Made by a program: the position numbers and the translations under genes
In this document: positions 17,682 to 25,344 of the stretch, piece by piece
How the letters are laid out: every line of letters begins with the position of its first letter
How positions within the stretch are numbered: position 1 is the first letter of the stretch
From: Thermoplasmata archaeon
GTDB lineage: Archaea; Thermoplasmatota; Thermoplasmata; RBG-16-68-12; JAJISG01
Assembly: GCA_046759265.1 (NCBI GenBank)
Contig: JBHIBW010000001.1
Coordinates: forward strand, 1-29,157
Reading direction: 5' to 3'
Length of the DNA: 29,157 bases
The notes under the pieces: model-generated
Database searches by the model: none
What the model was told of the DNA's origin: nothing
Seen by the model: the letters and a program-made list of their open reading frames with translations, nothing else

Positions 17682-18062
17682 TCACTGGGGGACCGATTCG
17701 TAGCACACGTTGCAGTTGTCCAAATCCGCAATCTCCCGGTGGTAGTTACAGAATCGATCGGTGTACATGATCTGCCAACAGATGGCGTTTACCCGGCCGA
17801 CCTGAGCGGGGCGGGAGAGTCCTCCCGCGATGTCCTCGGCCAGATCGATGACGAACCCCTCAATCTCCGGGAACAACGAGAGGACGCCGTCGTCCTCCCC
17901 GCGCGCGTGGGTGTTGTAATGACTGACCGTCGCTTGGGTCACGCCAAGGTGGTCGGCGACTTCCACCTGCTTCATCCGGTACTCCCCCAAGAGGACCCGC
18001 GCGAGGTGGGCGCGAATCGTAGGGAGGACCTTGTGGACAACGAGTTCATAAGGCTGGAGCAT
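17682..18062 (-). CDS. HTH transcriptional regulator (COG2522-like) with C-terminal Cys/His cluster
   Basis: PYELVVHKVLPTIRAHLARVL...MKQVEVADHLGVTQATVSHY; C-terminal C..CxxH..CxxC. Confidence 0.85.
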   Translation of the reverse strand: MLQPYELVVHKVLPTIRAHLARVLLGEYRMKQVEVADHLGVTQATVSHYNTHARGEDDGVLSLFPEIEGFVIDLAEDIAGGLSRPAQVGRVNAICWQIMYTDRFCNYHREIADLDNCNVCYESVPQ

Positions 18063-18149
18063 CGGACCCCCAGACACGCGGTGACAAACGGTTCGTCAAT
18101 ATTTAATCGTATGTCGCCAGGCCAGATGGACCCTCAGCCGAGGGCGCCG

Positions 18150-18728
18150 CTAGCCCGGAAGCAGCCACGAACGGAAGCGACACACAGCGTCACCCCGGGC
18201 GACACAATCCGTTTCGGAGATTCGGAGGTCAAGCCCCAGGCTTCCCTTAGCCCATCCCGCGGCGAGGCCCTCGAAGAAGGCACACGCAGGAGCCTGCCCC
18301 TCGTTCTCGCGGCCCGTGATGCCCAAGACGGTTCCCAGGTCGAAGGTCCACTCCAGCCGGTCTCGCTGATCGTCGTACACGAGTTCGCTGGTTCCGAATC
18401 CCGTCCCTGCGAGGATGGGGGGCATGGCCAGAAGCGTCTCGGCTTTGGGCACCTTCGGATCCCGAGCCCGATCCAGGGCTTCGGCACTTTCGAGCCCTGC
18501 TTGGTAGCCAATCCGCCGACACAGATCTCGCGCGGGCGGATGGAGGGTCATGTCCTCCAACACCTCCATGAGCTCGAGGGCAAGGGGCGACCAGACCACC
18601 GCTGGTGACCGGGATCCTTCCCCATCCGTGGGGGATCGTTCCGGCTCCCGGCGGAACCCCTTGGCGAGAAGCATGTCGAAGTAATCCTCGACCGATTCGA
18701 CGGTCAAGTTGACGCGGTGGACTGTCAT
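18150..18728 (-). CDS. V4R-domain protein
   Basis: CAFFEGLAAGW...ETDCVARGDAVCRF three-Cys V4R signature. Confidence 0.88.
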   Translation of the reverse strand: MTVHRVNLTVESVEDYFDMLLAKGFRREPERSPTDGEGSRSPAVVWSPLALELMEVLEDMTLHPPARDLCRRIGYQAGLESAEALDRARDPKVPKAETLLAMPPILAGTGFGTSELVYDDQRDRLEWTFDLGTVLGITGRENEGQAPACAFFEGLAAGWAKGSLGLDLRISETDCVARGDAVCRFRSWLLPG

Positions 18729-18845
18729 CCAAGATGCCCTCAGGACGATTCATGCCGGGGGTCTCCGTATAAGGATTTCCTGCCCAAAATCGAACGTGCA
18801 AACGAGGCGACGTCCTGGACTGCCGAGGTGAATTGGGGACTCCCC

Positions 18846-19259
18846 TCAGAAGACCTTCATCAGGTTTGAGACCGTGGCGAGTGCGTCCCGACCGTCCCTC
18901 TGCGTCCGACTCCCGAAGGCGGCCGCCGCCAGGTCAGACCCATTTCGGTCCTCGAATCCGTTCAGGATCTGCCGCATTCCTTGCCGAAGGGCCTCGTCCT
19001 CATGACCCACGATGATGAGGATGAGCATGCAGAACGTGCCCTTCTGGGCGAGGATCCGGACGGGGCCGTGATCCAAGGCCTTGAAGGGCTCACGTCGAGA
19101 ACTCGGAGAGGTTTGCTCGACAAAGCCCAGAATCGACTCCATCGCGCCGGAGAGGCGATCTCCGTTCTCCACGAGGGGGCTGCCGAGGTTGTGGGAGGCA
19201 ATCACCTGGCCTCCGTACCTCATTAAGCAGCCGTAGAGAATAGCCGCACCTTGGGGCAT
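18846..19259 (-). CDS. Stand-alone longin/roadblock-like domain protein
   Basis: Pattern of beta strands (GQVIASH), helix (LSGAMESILGFV), beta hairpin (ALDHGPVRILAQKGTFCMLILIIVG) and helix (EALRQGMRQILNGFEDR) resembles archaeal longin-like domains. Start uncertain. Confidence 0.55.
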   Translation of the reverse strand: MPQGAAILYGCLMRYGGQVIASHNLGSPLVENGDRLSGAMESILGFVEQTSPSSRREPFKALDHGPVRILAQKGTFCMLILIIVGHEDEALRQGMRQILNGFEDRNGSDLAAAAFGSRTQRDGRDALATVSNLMKVF

Positions 19260-19331
19260 CTCAATAAAATCTAGAAAACATGTAATATAAAACAATGCAT
19301 CCCAATATCGTGTGGTGAAGCGACGGGAGTT

Positions 19332-20111
19332 CTAGCCGCTTACCTGCAGGCGGGCTGCGCCCTTGGCCTCTCCGTGGTGCGCCCACACGCGGTAGTCTCC
19401 ACTGGGTGCGTCACGGGGAATCTGCAGCTCGACCTCGAACCGGCCGTTCATCGCGGTGGTCGTCTCCCCTTGGGCCCACTCGGTGCCCTGGGAGTCGAGA
19501 ACGGTCAACGCGATGTCCCTGGCGCCCGCATCCTTCAGCATGAGTTCGCCCGCGATGCGAACCGAGTCTCCAGAAGCGACGGCGGACGGAGTGGACGCCA
19601 CGGCCACCACGGTCTCCCGAACGATCCTCTCGCCGGCGTGTCGGGCTCCCTTGTGCAGGACCACGGGGCCCTGGGAGCCGTCCACCGAGAACGCGACGAC
19701 CTCCCCGACGAAGGCCGTGTGGTCCCCCATCGGGACTTGCTGTACGACCTGGCACTCGGCGTTCAGCGTGGCACCGCGGAGGAGGGGGGCCGCGATCTTC
19801 TGGGCGGGGTATGTGTCAAACAAATCGCTGGAGAGTTTGTCCGTGTCCCGTCCGGTGAAGTGGCCCGCGAAGGCCATGGCGTTGACCAAGTCCTCGGGCA
19901 CCAGGTTGACTCCGAACTCGTTGGTCTCGACGATCGCATCGTACGTCGCCTTCCCCGGGCGGATGTGGACGCAGATGAGGAAGGGATCGTAGGAGACGTG
20001 AAAGGTCCATTCCGCCGCCATGACGTTATCCCCCTTGGATCCGCGGGTGGTCACGAGAGACACACCGGTCGTGAACTGCCGGTAGGCCTCGCGGACGTCG
20101 GCCGATGCCAT
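19332..20111 (-). CDS. Flavin reductase family protein with C-terminal beta-sandwich extension
   Basis: FTTGVSLVTT..NVMAAEW..SYDP, FGVNLV and ECQVVQQVPMGDHTAFVGEV motifs, plus ~95 extra beta-rich residues. Confidence 0.88.
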   Translation of the reverse strand: MASADVREAYRQFTTGVSLVTTRGSKGDNVMAAEWTFHVSYDPFLICVHIRPGKATYDAIVETNEFGVNLVPEDLVNAMAFAGHFTGRDTDKLSSDLFDTYPAQKIAAPLLRGATLNAECQVVQQVPMGDHTAFVGEVVAFSVDGSQGPVVLHKGARHAGERIVRETVVAVASTPSAVASGDSVRIAGELMLKDAGARDIALTVLDSQGTEWAQGETTTAMNGRFEVELQIPRDAPSGDYRVWAHHGEAKGAARLQVSG

Positions 20112-20226
20112 GGTTGAAGCACGGGGGCATCAGTGAAAAACGTGATGCGTTGCTTCTTCGGCCGTCGGTGCCAGCGGCGTCAAGCCCGACAATTACTTCT
20201 ACGCCCCCGCCTCCTTTCGACCCCGC

Positions 20227-20312
20227 GCCGCCGTAGCTCAGCCGGCGAGAGCGACGGTCTTGTAACCCCGCAAGAGAACCGTAGGTCAAGGGTTCGAATC
20301 CCTTCGGCGGCT
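20227..20312 (+). tRNA. tRNA-Thr(UGU) with 12-nt intron at 37/38 (20265-20276)
   Basis: GCCGCCG/CGGCGGC acceptor plus U73, GCTC/GAGC D-stem, ACGGT/ACCGT anticodon stem with CT-TGT-A, AAGGG-TTCGAAT-CCCTT T-arm; 74 nt after splicing. Confidence 0.93.
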
Positions 20313-20364
20313 CTTGCCCCCAGAGTGAGCAGGGACCCAGGCTGGGATGTTCTCGGCCGACCGT

Positions 20365-20973
20365 TCAGCCGCTCTGGGGGAGCGACGGAGGCGGGTCGGG
20401 TATCGACGCAAAGGCGATGATCATGAGAACCTCCGCGACAAAGATGACGATGAACCCCACCAATACGATGGTCAGGCCCGCCCCGATCAAGAACAGGAGT
20501 GCAGCCGTCCTGAACATGTCAACGCCGATCGTGGAGGCCATTCTCTTGAAACTCCACCAGAGAAAGACCGCCGAGACGAGATAAATCGCCCAGACCAATA
20601 CAAGGCCGACGAAGGTGACAAGGAAGGCGTTCGCGAACTCCGCAAAGGTCGGCACCTGTTGCATCTCAAAGAAGGGCGCGAAGGCACCAAACATGGCAGA
20701 CATCGCCACGAAGATGACGAAGGTTATGGCGACGGCACCGATGATGGCCAGAATCACGAAGTACAGCATGTTCCTGTAGGCGGCCTCGTCCCCCGTTGCA
20801 CGTGCGACATCCCTTACCGCAAGGAGAATGAGGAGGAAGCCGACAATCGATGCGATGGCACCTGGGGCTGGAGTCCAACCCACCAGCAAGAGAATCGATC
20901 CGGCGATGCCCAGTAGCCTCGCCCGAGGGAGGGTGCCCGGACCATGGTTGGACGACGGATTCGGGAATGACAT
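20365..20973 (-). CDS. DUF996-like membrane protein
   Basis: LLGIAGSILLL..IVGFLLILLA and MFRTAALLFLIGAGLTIVLVG..IIAFASIP patterns. Start uncertain. Confidence 0.72.
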   Translation of the reverse strand: MSFPNPSSNHGPGTLPRARLLGIAGSILLLVGWTPAPGAIASIVGFLLILLAVRDVARATGDEAAYRNMLYFVILAIIGAVAITFVIFVAMSAMFGAFAPFFEMQQVPTFAEFANAFLVTFVGLVLVWAIYLVSAVFLWWSFKRMASTIGVDMFRTAALLFLIGAGLTIVLVGFIVIFVAEVLMIIAFASIPDPPPSLPQSG

Positions 20974-21028
20974 CTACCTCTCCAGCTTCAAATGCGGATG
21001 CTTGAGTCCAAGGGAGGTCCGTTCTCCA

Positions 21029-21622
21029 TCACCGGCCGCGGCCTCCCCAGCCCATGGATGCCCACAGGAGCGCGACGAGACCGCCTGCCCCCAGAAGGGT
21101 GAGGAGCAGGATCACCACGGCCTGGAACACACTGAATCCCAGAGAGTCAGCCCAGAATATCGTGAAGATGATGGCGAACACGAGCCAACTCACGCCGATG
21201 ACGAGGGACGTCAGCATGCGCCAACCCATCCCCTTGGGAATCGACATTTTCGGCATCCCCGCCTTCCTGAAAATCTCCCAGAGGTCGTAGTGCTCGTCGA
21301 CCTGAGCGATCTTGTCCCCTTCGAATCGGAACGCCATGCTCGCCGGAAAGCGAAACTGCTTCTGTCGCCCCTTCGCCGTGAGGTCCGCGTACACGTGATT
21401 CGCCTCACCGACCAGCCGCTCGATTTCCAGGTCGTGGTCGTAGTCAGCGATCCCATCCTTCAATGCACGAAGCAGGGCGGCCTTTCCCTGGAGAGGCTTG
21501 CCCAGCTCCGGGGCCGTACGGGTGACGCTATCTGTGTGCAGGCTCTCCCAGGTTGCATAATCCCGGGCGTTGTGCGCTTGGACCCGCGCCTCGATGACGC
21601 GCTTGTTCTCCTCGACGCCCAT
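21029..21622 (-). CDS. SnoaL/NTF2-like domain fused to a C-terminal two-TM segment
   Basis: ATG 21622 after GGAGG; MGVEENKRVIEARVQAHNARD...FRFEGDKIAQVDEHYD, then two hydrophobic helices. Confidence 0.8.
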   Translation of the reverse strand: MGVEENKRVIEARVQAHNARDYATWESLHTDSVTRTAPELGKPLQGKAALLRALKDGIADYDHDLEIERLVGEANHVYADLTAKGRQKQFRFPASMAFRFEGDKIAQVDEHYDLWEIFRKAGMPKMSIPKGMGWRMLTSLVIGVSWLVFAIIFTIFWADSLGFSVFQAVVILLLTLLGAGGLVALLWASMGWGGRGR

Positions 21623-21633
21623 TCGCGGCCTCC

Positions 21634-21942
21634 TCAGTAACCTCGGCGCTCGCCTTCCTCCTCCCTCAGGATCCTCTCCGACTCTCTGTCCACCCACCGT
21701 CCCTTCCGAAAGGTGTCATAGTAGTCGCCTACCAGGAACAGCCCCCAGAAGACTATGGGGATAATCGGCCAGAAGAAGGTGTCGAGACCCTGCCCGAACG
21801 CGAACGGTTCGAACCAGCCGGTGAAAAACCAGAGGACCACGAAAAGCGCGTTCGCGATGAGGTAGGTGAAGAGATGGGAGCGGAATTCGTACCGCTTTTT
21901 CGCAATACTCCTCGCTCTCCGGATCCTCGTGTCCTCGCTCAT
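21634..21942 (-). CDS. 2TM-domain protein
   Basis: RRARSIAKKRYEFRSHLFTYLIAN..LW...FFWPIIP..FWGLFL pattern typical of the 2TM family. Confidence 0.82.
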   Translation of the reverse strand: MSEDTRIRRARSIAKKRYEFRSHLFTYLIANALFVVLWFFTGWFEPFAFGQGLDTFFWPIIPIVFWGLFLVGDYYDTFRKGRWVDRESERILREEEGERRGY

Positions 21943-22273
21943 CCTTGTTCTCCCCTGCTCCATCAGGAAACTTGCCGAACAAGACCCTTTTCCCGAACGG
22001 GTTCGGGGGAGAGTTGTCTCAGTGTCGCGGACAGCGATGGCAGAGACTCTGTTACTCGCCCAATTTCAACCCGAGCTCTATCGAGTTGCTCGATTCTCAG
22101 GCTTCCCAGCTTCTCCTTTAGTCTGCCGAGGACAACCTTGGCATACTGACTCCCCGTCTGGACAAACGGCGAGGACTCATCCCATCCAGATGGACAAACG
22201 CCTCTGGAGTGGACAGAGTCCCCGCGCCTGAGACCTCGTGGGAAATACGGTGAAAGGGAACCTTTCCTTCGTC

Positions 22274-22287
22274 TCCCTTCGGCGGCT
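22274..22287 (+). repeat. 14-bp direct repeat of the tRNA-Thr 3' end (attR-like)
   Basis: Exact match to 20299-20312; the match ends at the discriminator base. Confidence 0.75.
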
Positions 22288-22336
22288 TTACCGCGAGCAC
22301 GGCCTATCGCCGCGCGGCGGGCGTCCGTCTTCCGCA

Positions 22337-22654
22337 TCATGAACCTGGCCGGATGTGAACGGACCCGCACTCTGGGCAGCGTTCCTCACAACCGATGCAG
22401 TACTGGGATCCGCAATCCGCGCAGACGGCGACTCGCTCCTCGTGAGGACCACCCCGACCGGACCGTGGGCCTCCGGATGTTCGGGCAACCCAGTAGATGA
22501 TCACGGCGGTGAGGACGCCGAGAAGGAGGACGATCGGCTGCGGAGGAATCGTGATGAAAGCGAGCAAGGCGGACATGAGGACGATCACCGTCGCGAACAC
22601 AATAGCCCCCGTCAGCCTCACCTGATGGCCGGCGATCCTCTCTCTGTCTTCCAC
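22337..22654 (-). CDS. Small membrane protein with C-terminal Cys-rich zinc-binding tail
   Basis: Two TM helices followed by CADC..CIGC..CPEC. Confidence 0.7.
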   Translation of the reverse strand: MEDRERIAGHQVRLTGAIVFATVIVLMSALLAFITIPPQPIVLLLGVLTAVIIYWVARTSGGPRSGRGGPHEERVAVCADCGSQYCIGCEERCPECGSVHIRPGS

Positions 22655-22849
22655 GGCTGCAGAACCTCATAATCCGACAAAAGGGTTCCCTCGACAGCGG
22701 AGCCATGGAATCTAGCCGAGCCTGGTCGAAGGGCGGGCGGCGGCGTGAACCCGGGTCAGGTGCCTTCCGTTTTCCTCCCCTGGGTTCCGTTTTTGATTAC
22801 AAGCCGCAAAGCCTCAAATAGGGAACTCCCGCAGCACAAGACCGGTGAG

Positions 22850-23161
22850 ATGCCTGGTTGCCCCACCTGCGGTGCGGAGCTTACCTACCTCGAGCCTTAC
22901 GCCCGCAACTACTGCTACCATTGCCGGGCCTACGCGCCGGAGGAGATTGTTCCCTGTCCCGCATGCCGCCGGGTGCTGGTCTATGTCCCGGAGCATGGTC
23001 TCTACTATTGCTACGGCTGCCAGGAGTACAAGCAAGACGCCCATCCCGCGGAACGGCCCTGTCCCCGCTGCGGGAAGGAACTGGTCTTCGTCGCCGAGTA
23101 CAAGCGCTACTTCTGCACCGGCTGCCGCGCATACGCGCCGGACGACCCGGTCCCCGCCTAA
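22850..23161 (+). CDS. Protein made of three tandem zinc-ribbon repeats
   Basis: ATG 22850 after GGTGA; three copies of CPxC-x2-L-x-[YF]-x3-[YH]-x2-[YF]C-x2-C-x2-Y. Confidence 0.85.
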   Translation: MPGCPTCGAELTYLEPYARNYCYHCRAYAPEEIVPCPACRRVLVYVPEHGLYYCYGCQEYKQDAHPAERPCPRCGKELVFVAEYKRYFCTGCRAYAPDDPVPA

Positions 23162-23179
23162 CGGCATCGGAGGCAGACC

Positions 23180-23884
23180 TTGACGGAAGCGAAGGGAACG
23201 GCAACGGGCTTTGCGCCCTTCTCGCGAGAAGAGATGGACCTGGCGTCCAAGGATCAGCTCATCCGCTGGTCCAAGGAGTACAGCCTGGACGAGAGCGGCA
23301 TGAAGTACGAGCTTCGCCTTCGACTCCTCGAGTACATTCGACGGCAAGGACTCTTGCTCAAGGGAGAAGAGCCTCTGGAGGAGGAGTCGGCCCCCTCCGC
23401 CGAGGGCGAGGCCCCCGCCGGGGACCCAGCCCCCCCGCCGGAGTCGGCAAGCGGAGGGGGGGAAACGGCCCAGGTGGTGATGGAAGTTCGGGCTAAATCC
23501 GCCCCTTCTGAATCGCCGGGCGTGTGCTCGAATTGCGGCGGGGAACTGAGCTACATCGCGGAGTACGAGCGGTGGTACTGCTACAACTGCGACACGTATG
23601 CGGGGTCCCCCGCCGGGGGCGAGGTCGCCTCCGAAACTTCCCTCGCGGCCTCCCACCGGAAAGCCAAGGAAAGGAGTGGGGCCGGCCTGGGCGTCGCCCT
23701 GGCCCTCGCGGGCCTCCTCACGTTCCTCGCCCACCAGATCCTGTTCGTTGCACCGGGCCTCTTCCCCATTCCTGTCGTCATTACGGTGGCGCCCGAGGTC
23801 CTCTTCGCCCTCCCCCTCGTCGCCTTCGTCCTCCTTGGCGTCGGGGTGATGGCCGGTCTGCGCGGTCTGGCTCATCGCGCGTGA
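23180..23884 (+). CDS. SAP-like domain, acidic linker, zinc ribbon and C-terminal TM anchor protein
   Basis: SKDQLIRWSKEYSLDESGMKYELRLRL (SAP-like), CSNCGGELSYIAEYERWYCYNCDTY and two hydrophobic helices. Confidence 0.75.
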   Translation: MTEAKGTATGFAPFSREEMDLASKDQLIRWSKEYSLDESGMKYELRLRLLEYIRRQGLLLKGEEPLEEESAPSAEGEAPAGDPAPPPESASGGGETAQVVMEVRAKSAPSESPGVCSNCGGELSYIAEYERWYCYNCDTYAGSPAGGEVASETSLAASHRKAKERSGAGLGVALALAGLLTFLAHQILFVAPGLFPIPVVITVAPEVLFALPLVAFVLLGVGVMAGLRGLAHRA

Positions 23885-23917
23885 AGGTTTTAACGGCCCG
23901 GCCGCTAGCGTTCGTGG

Positions 23918-24934
23918 ATGACGGAGCTGGCTGCCCTCATCGAGGAAACCCGGGCGACGCGCCCCCACGACCCGAAGCAGTATATCTCCGCCTGGACGGA
24001 GCCGGAGCTTCTCGACGGGAAGGTGGTGGACGCGTTTGTTCTCATCCTCCGGACGAAGGGATGCTACTGGGCCCGGAAGAGCGGCTGCTCCATGTGCGGG
24101 TACGTGAGCGACGGGTACGTCAACGTGTCGGAGGAAGATCTCCTGACACAGTGGAGTGCGGCCCTCGAGGTCTACCAGGGCCAGCCGGTTGTGAAGCTGT
24201 ACAACTCGGGCAACTTCTTCGACCCAAGTGAAATCCCGGCGGCGGCCCGGAGACGCATTCTACGGGACCTAGGGGGACGTTGCGAGAAGGTGGTGGTGGA
24301 GAACCTCCCGCAACTTGTCCGGACGCCTTTGCTGGAGGAGGCCCTCGACCTGTGTCCGCGCTTTGAGGTGGCCATTGGCCTCGAGACGGCCAGCGATTAC
24401 CTCCGGGACCACACCGTCAGCAAGGATTTCACGTTCGCCCATTATGAAGAAGCCGTCGGTGTCGCGCACGCGGCCGGCGTCTCCGTCAAGACCTACCTCC
24501 TGTTCAAGCCTCCCTTCCTCTCCGAACGGGCGGCCATGCACGACACGATCGCTTCCGTCCAGGCCATCGACGGGCTGTCGGACACGATCTCCATCAATCC
24601 GACGAACGTCCAGAGGGACACCCTCGTAGATCGGTTGTATCGGAGGGGGGAGTACCGCCCTCCGTGGCTTTGGTCTTTGGTCGAGGTGCTGAAGGCCGTC
24701 CGGCGGACGGAATCGCGGGTCCTGTCAAAACCTACCGGAGGCGGCCATCATCGGGGGACGCATAATTGCGGACATTGCGACGCGGTGGTCTTGCGGGCGG
24801 TGGAGGACTACTCTCTGCAGCGGGAGGATTGGCTTGATGAGCCAACGTGCTCGTGCCATGAGGATTGGGACACCTACCTCCGGGTCGAGGACCTCGCCCG
24901 TGCGTCGGTCGACCTAGATCGGTTCCTCGCCTGA
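23918..24934 (+). CDS. raSEA: Archaeosine biosynthesis radical SAM protein RaSEA (TIGR01210-like)
   Basis: LRTKGCYWARKSGCSMCGY (Cx7Cx2C), YNSGNFFD, AIGLETA, KTYLLFKPPFLSE and YRPPWLWS motifs. Confidence 0.9.
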   Translation: MTELAALIEETRATRPHDPKQYISAWTEPELLDGKVVDAFVLILRTKGCYWARKSGCSMCGYVSDGYVNVSEEDLLTQWSAALEVYQGQPVVKLYNSGNFFDPSEIPAAARRRILRDLGGRCEKVVVENLPQLVRTPLLEEALDLCPRFEVAIGLETASDYLRDHTVSKDFTFAHYEEAVGVAHAAGVSVKTYLLFKPPFLSERAAMHDTIASVQAIDGLSDTISINPTNVQRDTLVDRLYRRGEYRPPWLWSLVEVLKAVRRTESRVLSKPTGGGHHRGTHNCGHCDAVVLRAVEDYSLQREDWLDEPTCSCHEDWDTYLRVEDLARASVDLDRFLA

Positions 24935-24982
24935 AGAAGTTCGAAGCCTTTTTGCCGGGTCTCGCCTTCGCCCTTTGATTCC

Positions 24983-25303
24983 ATGCAGGCCTATGACATC
25001 AAGCGGGGTCACGGCAAGACGCTGGAGGGCGCGGGGCTCCGGGACATCCTCGAGGATTGCTACGACTCCGTGGCCCCGGAGGGCGCAGGATTCCTCGTGC
25101 ACCACGGGGCGATCCAGGCGATGCAGGTCTGGGTGGAAGGCAACCAGCTTCATGTCGACATGACGATGGACACCGGAGTCGATGACGCGACGGCGGCCGA
25201 CACGATCCGGGCCCACAACGTCTTCCTCGAACGGGCGACCGGCTTCAACGCCAAGCAGCGTCGGAGTCGGCTGCAGAAAAAGGTGAAAGAGGGGAAGCTC
25301 TGA
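24983..25303 (+). CDS. DUF5611 / TA0095-like protein
   Basis: MQAYDIKRG N-terminus and FLERATGFNAKQRRSR C-terminus. Confidence 0.8.
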   Translation: MQAYDIKRGHGKTLEGAGLRDILEDCYDSVAPEGAGFLVHHGAIQAMQVWVEGNQLHVDMTMDTGVDDATAADTIRAHNVFLERATGFNAKQRRSRLQKKVKEGKL

Positions 25304-25344
25304 GCGCTATCATCTCTAAGTAGGTCCACCCGCCTAGAACGGCT

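Larger units (their letters stand above)
20299..22287. mobile_element. Possible degenerate tRNA-integrated islet bounded by 14-bp direct repeats; no integrase seen
   Basis: TCCCTTCGGCGGCT at 20299-20312 (tRNA-Thr 3' end) and at 22274-22287; the interior is more A/T-rich than the core genes. Confidence 0.5.

Noticed and set aside
20259-20266. Reading the tRNA as tRNA-Tyr(GUA)
   Set aside because: Stem geometry puts UGU at 34-36; G1-C72 and U73 fit Thr, whereas archaeal Tyr has C1-G72.
22148-22224. Possible mini-CRISPR array
   Set aside because: Repeats are 10 bp or shorter with irregular spacing, and there are no cas genes.
22225-22270. CTGAGA / GGTGAAAGGGAA resembling TPP or cobalamin riboswitch cores
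   Set aside because: The remaining conserved elements and pairings are absent.
21963-22370. 135-aa minus-strand ORF as an integrase remnant
   Set aside because: No tyrosine-recombinase R/H-x2-R/Y motifs are visible. The C-terminal half looks helical and could be an eroded gene, but it cannot be supported.
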